Positions 29,330 to 42,200 of a DNA stretch of 64,000 nt are shown here, one piece after another. A program made the translations under genes and the position numbers. Source of the stretch: Paraspadella gotoi. Its lineage: Eukaryota > Animalia > Chaetognatha. Every line of letters starts with the position of its first letter. Within the stretch, counting starts at the first letter, position 1. The notes below the pieces were generated by a model that saw only the letters and a program-made list of their open reading frames with translations, ran no database searches and was not told the DNA's origin. The DNA is taken from assembly GCA_051294375.1 (NCBI GenBank), contig CM119266.1:16920087-16984086 (forward strand). Reading direction: 5' to 3'.

Positions 29330-30120
29330 TACATATGACTGAAAAATTGGCAATTGGTGGCCGGTATACTTCAGCACCCGCCTCACATCAACATCATTCA
29401 GACGAATGCAACCCGAAACCATACTACTTGTTTGCTCAGATGGGGAGAGAGCACAGCATAAGAACACACCAGGCTGTTTGAGCGTTCCATAGCAACAGAG
29501 TCCTAATGACTTCCCCCTCATCATGTAGCAAAGAAGAGACAGTCTCCTTAAAGAGTGGGGTTAAATGGTAAATCCTGCGCCAGTCGACAGGATGCGTCAC
29601 TGAGGATCGGAAGCCCCCAAAGCCACACAGTTGAGATGCCCATCCCAAATGGGTGCAGCACAGTTTGCAACACCGGCCTGTTGCCATACAATTATATTTA
29701 TTAATCACTGGACCCAAACTAATAACCTAACATTCGACCAAATAAACGCAACTTGCTCTGAAAAGTTAAGGCCAAACTTTACCGTGGACTCCCGAAACAC
29801 TAATAAACCTCATCCCAAAAACGCGGTACTGGTCGAACGGATGTCTTCCGGATCAACCACGCAGTGACTGCGATCATGAATCAGGATGCACGATACTAAA
29901 TGAGCTTGACCGGTAAAAAGCTTAATAATAAGCTCATATTACATAAACAACTCACACACGCGCCACCTTTATTAGCTTTAGACCTTGAATATTTAGGCTC
30001 ACAAACTCGCTCTAAAAGCCGAATATGCGAAATGGACGCATTTGCAGGAGGAGGTGTTTGCCAGCCAATAAATTTTCTCCGCCTTGAAAAAGACATGCTG
30101 GCCACAAATGCCAGAGAGCT
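29330..30120 (-). mobile_element. Possible L1/Tx1-like LINE ORF2 C-terminal remnant
   Basis: Minus-strand 'VDWRRIYHLTPL' followed by a Cys-rich stretch and 'EQTSSMVSGCIRL' resembles the LINE C-terminal zinc-finger region; frames are broken. Confidence 0.3.
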
Positions 30121-30364
30121 ATTGAAAACAGGTTAGAGCTCTCGCCTTTCTTATAACTCTTAGTTATCACGTTTTTTCTTCGATCGTTGGTATTTGAGAC
30201 AGCCTAATTACCAATGACATAACATCTGCTGAAGAGCTAGGTAGAAATACAATTTTATTTTTTGAAGATCAGCTTATCCCGGAGTAGTTAATGATAGTGA
30301 ACATATAAGAAAATCTGCGTTCCTGGCTAACCTTATGCAGCAGTTTCTCGAATGTAAAAAATTA

Positions 30365-30518
30365 ATCCATCATCTTGCTTCAAAACATATTTACACGTTT
30401 CATATAAATTAACTAAATTAACTAAATGTAACTTTTTTTTTAAGAGAAATGAAGAGGAAATGCACAACAACGATGAAGAAGATGAACGGACCGACGACGA
30501 TGATGAATGAATGATGAT

Positions 30519-30556
<38 letters not shown>

Positions 30557-31969
30557 TGATGATGATGATAGAAATCACGATTACGAGAACAATAGAAATA
30601 ACGAAAATAAAACAGTAAGTGAAGCGATTTGTCCCGACAAAACGTTAGCACCTAAACAAAATAAGTTAAAAATAAATCAATAATATGAAATTTAATAATA
30701 AATAAGTAATAAAGATGGAATTGAATAAAGGTAAAAAACTAAAATAACAATGAATTATCGATGAAAGGGTCTTGGTTTTTCGGTAATTTTTTGGTAATCT
30801 CGACCCATCAGTCCGCGGACACACGAAAATTAAACAAGTTTACAAANNNNNNNNNNNNNNNNNNNNNNNNNAAAAAAAAAAAAAAAAAGGGGGAAGAAAA
30901 AGGCAGCGCGCGATGAAAGTCTTTCATAACCCTCGAGGAACGGAAGATATCGGGTGTCCATGAGAAAAAGGGAAAGGCGAAGAAAGCGAAACGGAAAGAT
31001 ATAGACTTTTCGAGAAAAGAAAATTTATTTTTTTGTTTTTTGGTTATTATCACTCAAGCGGATGTACAGTCACGGCGCGACGCGATAGTACGAATTAACA
31101 CGAAAATACACCCTCGCTCTCCATGTCGGTAACCACGAGTGGTAACGACCAAAGACAGCTTTACTGCGGCTTTCGTCGCTTCTTTCATACTCATATTGAT
31201 TTTTTGTTGTTGTAACTTTAAATTAACGTGTGGCCACCTTTCTCTAAAACTTTTGTTAATTGACGCTCTACGTTCCGACGAGCTCTTATGTACGTTTTAC
31301 GTGGTTTTTTGGTTTTTTTTTGTTTTTTTTTTCTTTCCCATAAACTTTATCTCACCTTACTTCGTGCCAACCAACGACGTCATTAGTAGTTTTAAGCGTA
31401 ATATGTCTCTTTCACAAGTAACAAAGAAACTATCAAGAAACATGTTTAAAAAGTTTAATATGTTTCAATCACAAAGAAATCCCAATGGATTTTGTTACTG
31501 CTTTCACTTGTGGAGTTCTTTTTTGTTTTTAAATCCGATCTGCGACTTCAGGCTCCAAGTAATTTTCCTAAAAAGATTGGAAGAAGGAGAGTGCTCGGAT
31601 TTATCGGAGCTTGCAACGGGAAGGGGGAATGGCAGTGAGATGGCACTAAAAAGGTTGAATGAGCGACAGAGAAGTTGGATTAACCGACAGGCGAGATGGG
31701 TTGGAGTCGAACGAACAAGAAAAAGGCGGTTGAGTCGTTAGCACTAGGTCAAAGTTCGGATTTCAACCATGAGATGGAGAGACGGAACGTACCGCGGTTT
31801 GCTTGAGAGATAGGATATGATCTAGAAGGCATAATCATTCTAAACGCAACGTTGAAGCAGAATGGTGAGGCGAGGTGTGTCACAAGTTAAAAAATGATTT
31901 GATCCCTGGATTCGCCGTTTATTTTATTGTCCCTACAGGAACTGATTCATTGTTCGTCGTCGACCTCAA

Positions 31970-32021
<52 letters not shown>

Positions 32022-35000
32022 CGGTGGGTTTATTTCTTTCGATGTAATGTATATCGTTGCTCATTGCAAATAAATTTGGTGTTTAATGGCCTTTTAGGGA
32101 TTTTTTTACTTTAATCTAATTTCAAACATTAGTTTCAGCATTAAACGGTGCATACTTGCTTGAATCCAATTTGATTTTCATGTAACAAAATCTGCATATA
32201 ACCTCTGGAGAAGCATACAAGAAAAAGAACCAGATCTGTGACCGAAATAGACGCCTGGCGAGCACCTTCCAGCGCAAAAACACACTGGAAAGGATCAGAC
32301 GAAATACAAATGAAAAACATGATTTGGTCTTGGGCGAAAAAAAGATTCGAAAAATTTATCTGGTAAATATTTCGAAGATAAAAAGGCTTTCCTTTCCGGC
32401 CTCTGTTTTCACCTTTAAGACTTCGATGGAATTTCCATGAATACTGATTCTGCGCTATCTTCTAGTATTTCGGGTGTTTATCAAACTTCCCAGTTTATGA
32501 AAAAACACAAATGATTGGGTCCAGATATTACATTCGTGGGTTTAGAAGATATGATTAAAAAAAAACCAAAAGAGAAAGGCATGACGAGTTTTGCCGAGCA
32601 ACCGCCAGGAAACGTCCATGTAAACCATAAGAACTCAGCCTTTAAAGTTTAAACGTTACGCAATGTTTATTGAAGGAAGATAAAATACGAGCAAAGACGA
32701 TGAGACAACTGCAACGACGACGACGACGTCGATTAACTTTAGGATGAAGATGATTACGAAGCACTCGAGCTTCCAGTCTGTGTCAACATCTTGGAGTTCT
32801 TCCTTGCCTTATGTTTTAGAGGGAGTTTTTCAATAACTCGGGGTTGGAAGAAATTGGGGTAATTTTTTTTAAGCTAATCTTTTTGATAATGATAAAATTT
32901 GGTTAATGATGCTCGGTTTTCTTGATTAATTATTGGTTTATCCGTCAGTTTTTAAAGAGGTTTTAATACCAAAACATGAATCGCATCAGCTCACCTCCTC
33001 CCTCTTGAATCCTGGCACTTTCATTTATTGTACTGAAACACATTAGCATAAATTAATAAAATAGAAATGGTTAAAACACATTTGCATAAATTAATAAAAT
33101 AGAAATGGTTAAATTTTTTTTTAAATTACGGATTCTGATAGTTATCAAAAATTTCGATAAAGATAAATATTAAGACTTGAAAATTATGATGATAAATTAG
33201 TCAAAATGAATAATATCATCACGATTCGATAAATTTAGCAATTTTAGTAACATTTTTCTGATAAAACATTACATTTTGATTGTTTTTAAAAAGGTCAATC
33301 AGAATCCAATGAAAATATATTCATAATATGATAATAAAATAATCCTCTTTTTGCTAACTATGAGATGAATTTTCAAACCTCTTTTTGATTTTTATAATCC
33401 TCCCCGCCTACTATGTGTTCCGCCTTCTCTCCTTTTTCTTCTTCTCCTTTTTCTTCTTCTCCTTTTTCTTCTTCTTCTTCCTCCTCCTTTCACGCGCTCT
33501 TCTTCGCTTTTCTTGTCTTCCGTCGACGTAAAAACTTCATTCCGCGGATCCTTTGCTTCAACTTTTTCTCTTCCAATCTTTTTCGCTCGAGAATTTTTCC
33601 ATTTTACATCGTTTACAATCCGTTTCATTCGCTATTTTTTTTTCTCTCTAAGAGATAAGAAATTTAAATATTTTGTTTTTAAAAACTGGAGCGATATGAT
33701 GTATCGCGTGCCTACCATGCAATAATGTGAGTAATAATCTAAAAGTAACTTTCTGCTCCTAGACACGTTGATAATTTTCTAATATAGAATCAATTTGCGG
33801 AATGATAAGCCATTAACATAAGGATATGTATTTAAAATTGTCATTCCAAATGTATTTTCAAGATTTACAATTTTGTGCAATTTTTTTTTAATTAACAATA
33901 GCTCTTGTCGCAACCTCGTTTGTTTTGAATTTTTTAACCTGAATTTAAAAATTCAGAAAATCGAGAAAAAAAAATTTTGCGCGTGAAGCGTCAATCTCGG
34001 GTAGTCACGGCGAGAAGCGTCAAAACTGCGACCTTCAATTTCATTCTCTCTTCAAACTTTTATTTTCACGCTCTCGCTCTCGCTCTCTATCTTTCTTTCA
34101 CCCTTCCCCCCCCTCCTTCCCCCATCCATCTTACATTCTCTCTCTCTCTCTCTACCTACCTCCGCCTTAGTTTGAGCTCATAATTCAAACGTATTTCGTT
34201 ATGGGTGTGAAATTTTTTTTTTTACTTTCCAATATCCCAAAAATCTAGAATCTAGAAAAATCGCTAATTTTCCTCGAATTTATTGATCGAAAGAGATACA
34301 ATGGGGATATTTCTCACACAAATAATTGCTTTGACAGGTAANNNNNNNNNNATAACATATCCACGAAAAGTCGAAGCTTTTTTCTTTGCCCATCTTTTCC
34401 TGACGGTGTCACCCGTCTCATTAATCCTATCGCAATTATTTTAGTTTTATTTATCGTTTTTGTCTTGAAAAATATATTAGTGTTGAACCTAATAAGTTGA
34501 ACCGTAATAATTTTTTTTTCTTTTCCTCTTTAAAAATCGCTTAGCGCCTTGGTTTATCTGTTTTAGAAAATTAAGCGGTGAATGAAGTTTTAATTCAATT
34601 AAAAGGGCTTATTATTGAAGATTTAAGAAGCAAAATCTATATCTTTCATGAAAAAGGATGGGTGTCCAAAAAAAAGGGCAGTGATTATTCTATTTTTTTT
34701 TTTCGACTATCAGTCTCCGTCTTTTTCCGAGAAGATTGATTAGTGAACTGACAGATTAAAACCAAATAATATTTGTAACCAGTGACTACACCAATATCTG
34801 TAAATCGTTTTCAGGAGTTTAAAATAAGATTTATAAAAATTTTTTTTAAAAATTAAAAATATTAAAAAAATAATATAAAAAATAATAATTAAGTTTAATC
34901 AAAAAGGGTAAAAAAGGAGTAAATAAATTTTTTTTTAATTTTATAAAAACTTAATATTAATAAAATATTTTTTTTATAAAGCCAATTGAAATTTTATTAT

Positions 35001-35295
35001 AATATTTAGTATAGTAATAACTGTTAGTATGATAAGTTTATTTTAAATTATTTTTATTTTAATTTCAAAAATAATAATAATATTAAATAATAATATTATA
35101 TTATTATATTATATTATTAATAATCTTAATAATAAAAAAATTTTAAAAAAATTTAATAAAATTTTAACTTTTGGGTAATGTAAATCGCTAATGCGATTTA
35201 TAATAAGTTTTTTTGAATTTTTTTTCTCCTTTAATATTAACATCCGATCTATCTCTTCGATAGGTGAAGCATATCAAATTTAAATTATTTCTAAT
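30365..35295 (+). repeat. Segment B, copy 3 (cleanest; contains two N gaps)
   Basis: Matches 13990-21260 directly and 22470-27360 in reverse complement. Confidence 0.95.
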
Positions 35296-35329
35296 GGAAA
35301 GAGGATAATAGAAAGCTCCCTTGGCTTAA

Positions 35330-35655
35330 TTGGCGAAAGGCGCTACATTTCTGCTTAAGTTCAGAATTAGGTTAGGGGTTAGAGTGAAAGGATGGTGTTC
35401 GGTGTTAGGGTTATGGTTCAGGTTCAGTATAAAGGTTTGAGAATATGCTCAGAGATTAGGGTTAGGGAAGAGGGTTAAGGATTAGGGTTAAAGATAAGGG
35501 TTAAGGATTTAATTACGGAATTGGGTTAGGGATTAGGGTTAATGTAAGAGATCTCTTACATTTAGTTGGTTAAAAAATTAGTTTAAAAATTAGGTTAAAT
35601 ATTAGTATTAAAGTAAAGGATTAAGGATCAGAATTATAGCGCTGTCGGAAAATAG
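35330..35655. mobile_element. MITE-like element with degenerate (TTAGGG)n core
   Basis: Imperfect inverted ends 'aaaggcgctacatttct' and 'agaattatagcgctgtcg' enclose ggttagggg/gattagggtt repeats. Confidence 0.55.
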
Positions 35656-36187
35656 TGGCAAGCAATTTTTTTCGAATAAAATAAAAAGTCTACCGAAAAA
35701 AAATCCCTTTTTTTTTTCTACGGTATAGGCCATCCGCAACATAAAGGAAAAATATAGAACGACTTCGGTTTTATTTTTTTTTTTTAAACTGAAGTGTTAT
35801 AAAAATATTCACAAGAAAAAAATTCGGAAAATCAATGACACATAACATCTATTTCGACAATTTGAATTCGTTTTTTTTATTTTTTCATAATCCATCTCTA
35901 GTCGGACGACTCGATTCTAGCTTTAAACTTAAGCGATTCAAGATTCATTATATCACATTGACATTCCTAATTTTCGAGATTTTTGCACTTACATGGGTAG
36001 TAGTGTTTTTACAGCATGCAGTTTTTCGATAATTTTTATTTAGTACTGTTTATTTCTGTAGTTTTTTTTTTTTTGTCATTGTTGTGAACTCCTCGATGAG
36101 AGAATAGCGATCCCTCCAATCCGCCTTTTCTTGCTTGATGTTCAAATGTAAACTAAAATTGTAAACATAAACAAAAGTCTTAATTAG

Positions 36188-36188
<1 letters not shown>

Positions 36189-36226
<38 letters not shown>

Positions 36227-36303
36227 TTTTTTTTCTTTCTTTTTTTTTCTTTCTTTCTTTGTGGGTAAATGTAGAAATATAACAGAAAATTAAACTATTT
36301 TTT

Positions 36304-36375
<72 letters not shown>

Positions 36376-36419
36376 TGTGGGTAAATGTAGAAATATAACA
36401 GAAAATTAAACTATTTTTT
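36189..36419. repeat. Tandem duplication of (CTTT)n plus a ~43-bp unique tail
   Basis: 'gtgggtaaatgtagaaatataacagaaaattaaactattttt' occurs at 36261 and 36377, each preceded by (CTTT)n. Confidence 0.95.
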
Positions 36420-37042
36420 AAACAATTACAGTTCAAATTTTTTATTATAAATCAGTATGGGATTTTTTTATTAAATAGGGGGTGTTAATTTTAAAAAAAT
36501 ACATTAATATTTGTAATCTGTTAGCGTTAAACCGATACATACTATAATCAATTACTAATGACAGACAACAATCAAGATTGGCACACAGTTTATCGTTTAC
36601 TTGCTTCACTTTCAAATTTCGAAAAACCATAAATGGAACGACGTTTTATCTGCTTTTTTTTTTAATTTTTTAATCCTGCTCTTCCCCATCTCTTTTATTT
36701 TTTCCCTTTTTTCATCCTTGTCACCATTTTCCTTCAAATTCTATTTTCCTAATTTCAAATTTTCCGACCCTAGTAGCCTATTGATAGACGCAAATATGAC
36801 CGCACGATCTTTACGCATTTTCGAACTCAAACAAAAAGGGAAAAAAAAGGAAAAAAATTGGCAATGAAACGTTAGTTGTTTTGAAACGTTATATTCAAAT
36901 ATTAGACGAACGAGTTTCGAATATTGATTTTCACGAAAGCGTAAACAACTCCGAAATCGTTAGTAATTTACGGCGCTGTAGATCACTTTAAATCGTTACC
37001 CCTGAAAGTCAACAATCCGAGGCCATGGGCTCTTTTTCGCTA

Positions 37043-37151
<109 letters not shown>

Positions 37152-38072
37152 TCACTCACTCGCTCGTCCAACTCCGTGGCTATTGTTCGGTGGGTTTAAG
37201 CGGCCGTTGGTAACTTCATAAATTTATAAACATTGCCCCGTACGAAATGTTTTCATAAAAACATTTAACGAATTTAAAAAGGGATGGCGATAACGGATAA
37301 GAAAATCAATTCGGGAAATGAACGAACGAGAAAAAAAATAACACGACGTTTCATCACCTAAATCCCGTTCGATTTTTTTTTTTTTTTTTGGTCCATAAAG
37401 GTACGGTATTTCAATGCTCCGATCACTTTCGAATATTTAGGTCTTATCTCGTCCGAATCCGTCATCACGTATTTCGTCACTCCCACGAAGAAAAAAAAAG
37501 TCAGAACAATTTCGAAAATAATTTTTAAAAAAATCGAAAAACATTCGAAAATCCATAAGATAATAGCGAAACCGAGTGTTTATATGAAGATTATTCGCTT
37601 CGTGTTTACATTTGGAAAAATCCTGAAATTTGAGAGCACCATGAAAGTTGATCTTTTCCTTTTTTTTTCTTTATTTTTTTTAAATTAAAGTTTAAAGTAG
37701 AAAAATGTCTTTCGATTTCGATAGGAAGAAAATCTTCCCTTTTTATCATTCACATCTTTAAAAATAATTTGAATTCAACAAAATCTTCGAGTTGCAATCC
37801 CCATTTTTTTTCTTTTATCCGCGCTCTCAAAGTTCGTTGTTTGACAGTCATTGCGTATTTTTCTTTCTCAGAATGCGGAACGTTATCGAAAATTCCGCGA
37901 GAGTAGCATCAAAGAACCATCAGGCGAACCTCACCTCGTGCCGACAGGACATGAAGACAACATAGAGCATTTAAGTCCAAAATTCCGAATAAAACAATAA
38001 ACAGGACGATGATGTGATATCGCGAGCTGGTTGAAAGTGGAAAAAAAAAAAAAAACCGCGTCTCCGTTCGCC

Positions 38073-39220
38073 ATGGCGACAGCCAACGGAACCGCTTTTT
38101 ACGATGGAGAGCCCGTCGCTCCCTGTGCCACCAACTTTTCCACGACGACCCGGGTGACGGGACTAGATATCTTCGCGGGACCCGTGACGTTCTCAGTTGG
38201 TGAGGATACGTAAAATTTTTCACAGTGTGGGCAGCGATGCCTCGGGGTCAGGGGGTAGGTGGTTCACAAATGTGGGTTGTTCTTCCGGAAAATAATATCG
38301 TTGTACCCGAGAGCCGACGAATCTTACCGAAATAACTGTCTCTTTCAGGGCTTACAGGAGTGGTACTCGACGTGCTAGCGATTCTCGTCTTGGCCAATCA
38401 GCGACCCAGAACTTCGACCTCTTTTATCCTCGCCGCCCTTTCCCTCAGCGATGCGTTCGAAATTCTTCAACTCCTCCTAGGTGGGTTTTTAGAAACGACA
38501 ATACCAAAACCATGACAAACGGGGATTCTCTTAAAAAGGTTGAACACGGAGATCAGATAAATTGATAAATGCAATGTTAACAATAGCCATACTTAACTCT
38601 CTTAGCAAAGCCGTGTACAAAGGGACATAACGGATTTATAGATTTGAAATGCTGAAAAGATCGATGGAAACTTTCGTCACAAATAATACAATACTACTAC
38701 CAAGTTACAGTAACTTTGTTTTCCTTCCTCCCTACCCCCTGTGATATTGCAGGAAGCGCTAGCGGTCCTTTAGGGCAGATCTTCCACAAGTTCATTTACA
38801 AGTCACGTCTGAACCCTTATGCCCACTATGCCATGCGCAACATTTGGTGGACTCACGCTCTCGGACAAATGGCCGTACTCTTCAATCGCGGCATCCTTAT
38901 CATCCTCGGTGATTTATGATTGTTGTTGTTGTTGTTGTTGTCCATCTTGTCCAAAGTCTGTCTGTTCGTTTTTCATCTTTCTTTTACTTTTACTCCCTTT
39001 CCATTTTTTTTTGTTGGTATCTTTCCGTTTTCTTCTCGTAACTTTTTTTCGTTCCTTTTCAATTATTTGTTTCCTTTTTTTTAATTAAATTTTCAATTAT
39101 TCCTTTTATTTATCTTCTTACTATTTTACTTACTCATTTTATTTTTTCCCTTCCTTTTCCTGACCATCAACTTTTTTCTCTATTGAATGTTATTTTTTTT
39201 TTCTTTCCGGCGTCCTTTCC

Positions 39221-39252
<32 letters not shown>

Positions 39253-42200
39253 TCCTCTCTTTTCTTTTTCTATCTTGCTTTCTTAACATAAGCTCGAATT
39301 CACGCTCGAACTCTATTGTTCTCCGTTTCTTCATCCTTATCACCGTCTCCATCTTTACCCCGGAATCGTAATCCTTGTGTTTCAACTTCGGGTCGTCCTT
39401 CTATGAGTTCGGGAATTGGGCCAACTGGCCTCCTTACCGCTTTTCTATTCGCTAGAAAATGGCAGTCAAGAAATGTAAATTCTAACAGTCTATTCAGAAG
39501 GGTATTTAATGTAATATAACCCATTAAATACTGAATAATTTTAGTTGATACTTAACTGACTGAAAAGTTATTAATAAATATTTTTGTGCATATGTTTCAG
39601 CTTATGTAATCACGTGACCATACAGAGCTCCGGTCATACGATCAGAAAGTAAATGAAGCAGTATTAAAGTAAATTAGTAAACAAAAGGGTGCTTTTTGTG
39701 TATATTTCATAATTGTATACTGTACAGTGTACACTGTACAATGTACAGTGACATGATCATCGGAAAAACAGCAATATAAGAAAATTACAGCGGCGCAACG
39801 CCTTGAACTTGCCTGTTCTCTTTTTAACTGATGCCTTGTATGTATTTGAGTCATATGGTGCGTGTCAAGTGTTTATTGCCCTTTATAGACTGGCGTTCGA
39901 TGATAAGAGCGTTTTCCTTTAATCCTTTTCCCGTTGGCGATCCGAAGCTGCTATCGCCTGGGAAGTCCGGTGCCTCAAGTTTCGCCGACGAGGAGATTAA
40001 TGAACCGCACCACAGAGTTCCTTGCAATTTATCAAGTCTCTCATGCTGTTTGAAAGGGCAAAGTTGTGGGCTTCAAAAGCCCAAGTTTTTGCCGATATGA
40101 CCCTAGGCTAAGGCTTAAACGTTAAAGAGTAGCAACTATGGCCAGAGAAGTTTTCAAAGTGCCGACATTTTTTTTTTCCTAATTTCTTTCTTTCGGTTTC
40201 TCAAACAGCCGCCTATTTCGATTTATACGCTCTTCCATTTTCTCTCTCTCTCACTGATCCTCTGATTGTATCTAAATTAGAGTTTCTTAATCCTGAATCC
40301 GCTTCGTCCTTTATTTTCATCCAGTGTCATTTATTTCTTCTTTCTTCCTCAGCGACGGAACGTTGGATCGCCGTCTGCTTTCCTCTAAAGGCGGCGTCGT
40401 TGTGCACGAGGCGCCGGGCCGTCCAGGCAATTCTTGTCTGGGCGCTCATCTCGATTCTCTTCAACATTAATAAGTTTTTCGAGGTACAAAGACTTTGTCG
40501 TTGCTGTCCTTTGTCCTTGAATTTTTCGACTATAAAATTTTTTAAATAATATTTTCACTTTACTTTACTTTAGTACGAGATTTCTTACTGCTTCGACATG
40601 AAACACAAGGAAATTCGCTGGGATCTCGACAACGTCAGTCATCCTCACTACCAGTGGATCATGAAGACTTTTTGGTAATATTTTTCAGTCCGAAAAACTG
40701 CTTAATCTAGATTTTACTAAAAATATTTACATAAAGTAAAAAAAAAATAAGAGAACGAACATTCTTTCTCTTTGATTCGAGCCCAAAAATTTTTTGATAT
40801 TTTCATGAAAGAAATAAGAAGTTTCTTCAAAGGCGCGTTTTCAAATATTACCGCGGCTATGGTTATTTATTTAACGTAAAATCTGACTGAAACCTTCCCA
40901 GGATTTAAATCTATTTTCTCTTGAGGGAACACACGAATTCTATGTATAAAGTCTCTGTATAGTGTATATGGTATATGTACAGTACAGAACCAAATCATAG
41001 CCATAGGCAAAAGTGAATTTGGCATCTACTCGAGCTTGATCGCTAATTGGCTGGTACCGGTTCTTTTGGCGACCAATCAGGATTAGGCGATTCCATCTCG
41101 GCTGAGAGTCCCCGACCCTCCGATCCAGTTTTGGCTCTGAGCGAGAGTTTTGTTTTCCTATATGATTTTAAAGACTTGGAAAAAGCAAATGGAAAACAAA
41201 GGTCTTCGGGGAATGTCAGAGATAGCGTTTGAAATTCTCTCCCGTCTCCTTCTTGTTCCAAAGCCTCTGTCACCCTCGTGATGCTATTCCGACCAGCCCT
41301 GCCTCCTATGCTCTCGGTCTCCACCCCCAAACCCTCGGCCCAAAGCTCCATTACCGCATCGTACCCAAGCCCAAAAAAAAAAAAAGAGGCAAACAGGCTA
41401 TGACGAAGCAGATAAGCCACTTCCGCTGATGGATGCTCCAATTCAGTGGATGAGGAGGACAACAAATGTTGTTTTAATGGATCCACTTCGAAGTTGGATG
41501 GCGGGCGAGCCGATGTCTGGGTTAAGAATTGTGACTCGATGAATGATAAGAGATGATGTTCAAGCTGATTAATCCGCTCGAAGTGTTTTAAACGAACAGT
41601 GGGTGGGTAACAGACAAGACAACAACACAATTTTTGTAAACAATGTGTTTTGAAATTGGCACAACCGATATTTTATAGTATTTTTTCATTTCAGTTTTTT
41701 CAGCCGCACCCACCAAGTTAGATCCAAGTTATGTTTCTATCAACACTAAAGAGATAACTCGATATACTTCAATTTTTTTTTTTAAGGCCGATTTTGATGG
41801 CTCTCATTCCCTTCATCGTTCTTCTCGTAATGAACATTATGATTGTCAAGACGCTGCTGTCGAGTCAGACAGTTCACAAGGACGCCGCTTCGTGAGTTCA
41901 AAACTTCTTTATTTTTTGCGTCACTGTTGACAAATTATATTTCCACCTTCTACCCGCTTTTCAGCCAACATGCGAGGCAAAAACAAGAAACGGCGAGAAG
42001 AAATATTACCATCATGAGTATCCTGATCTGTTGTTTATTTATTATTCTCATGATTCCATACATTGGTAAGTCGATCAAGAAAAAAAAAAAGGAGTTTGTT
42101 CGCGTATGTTCTCTCGGCTACCTAATATTGTAATATTTTTCTTCAGTCATTAGAGTTTACCAAACCGTCAAAATGGCCGCTTTGAAGGCGAAGATCGAAC

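Noticed and set aside
35369-35545. True telomere or chromosome fusion site
   Set aside because: Repeats are short, degenerate and bounded by MITE-like inverted ends.
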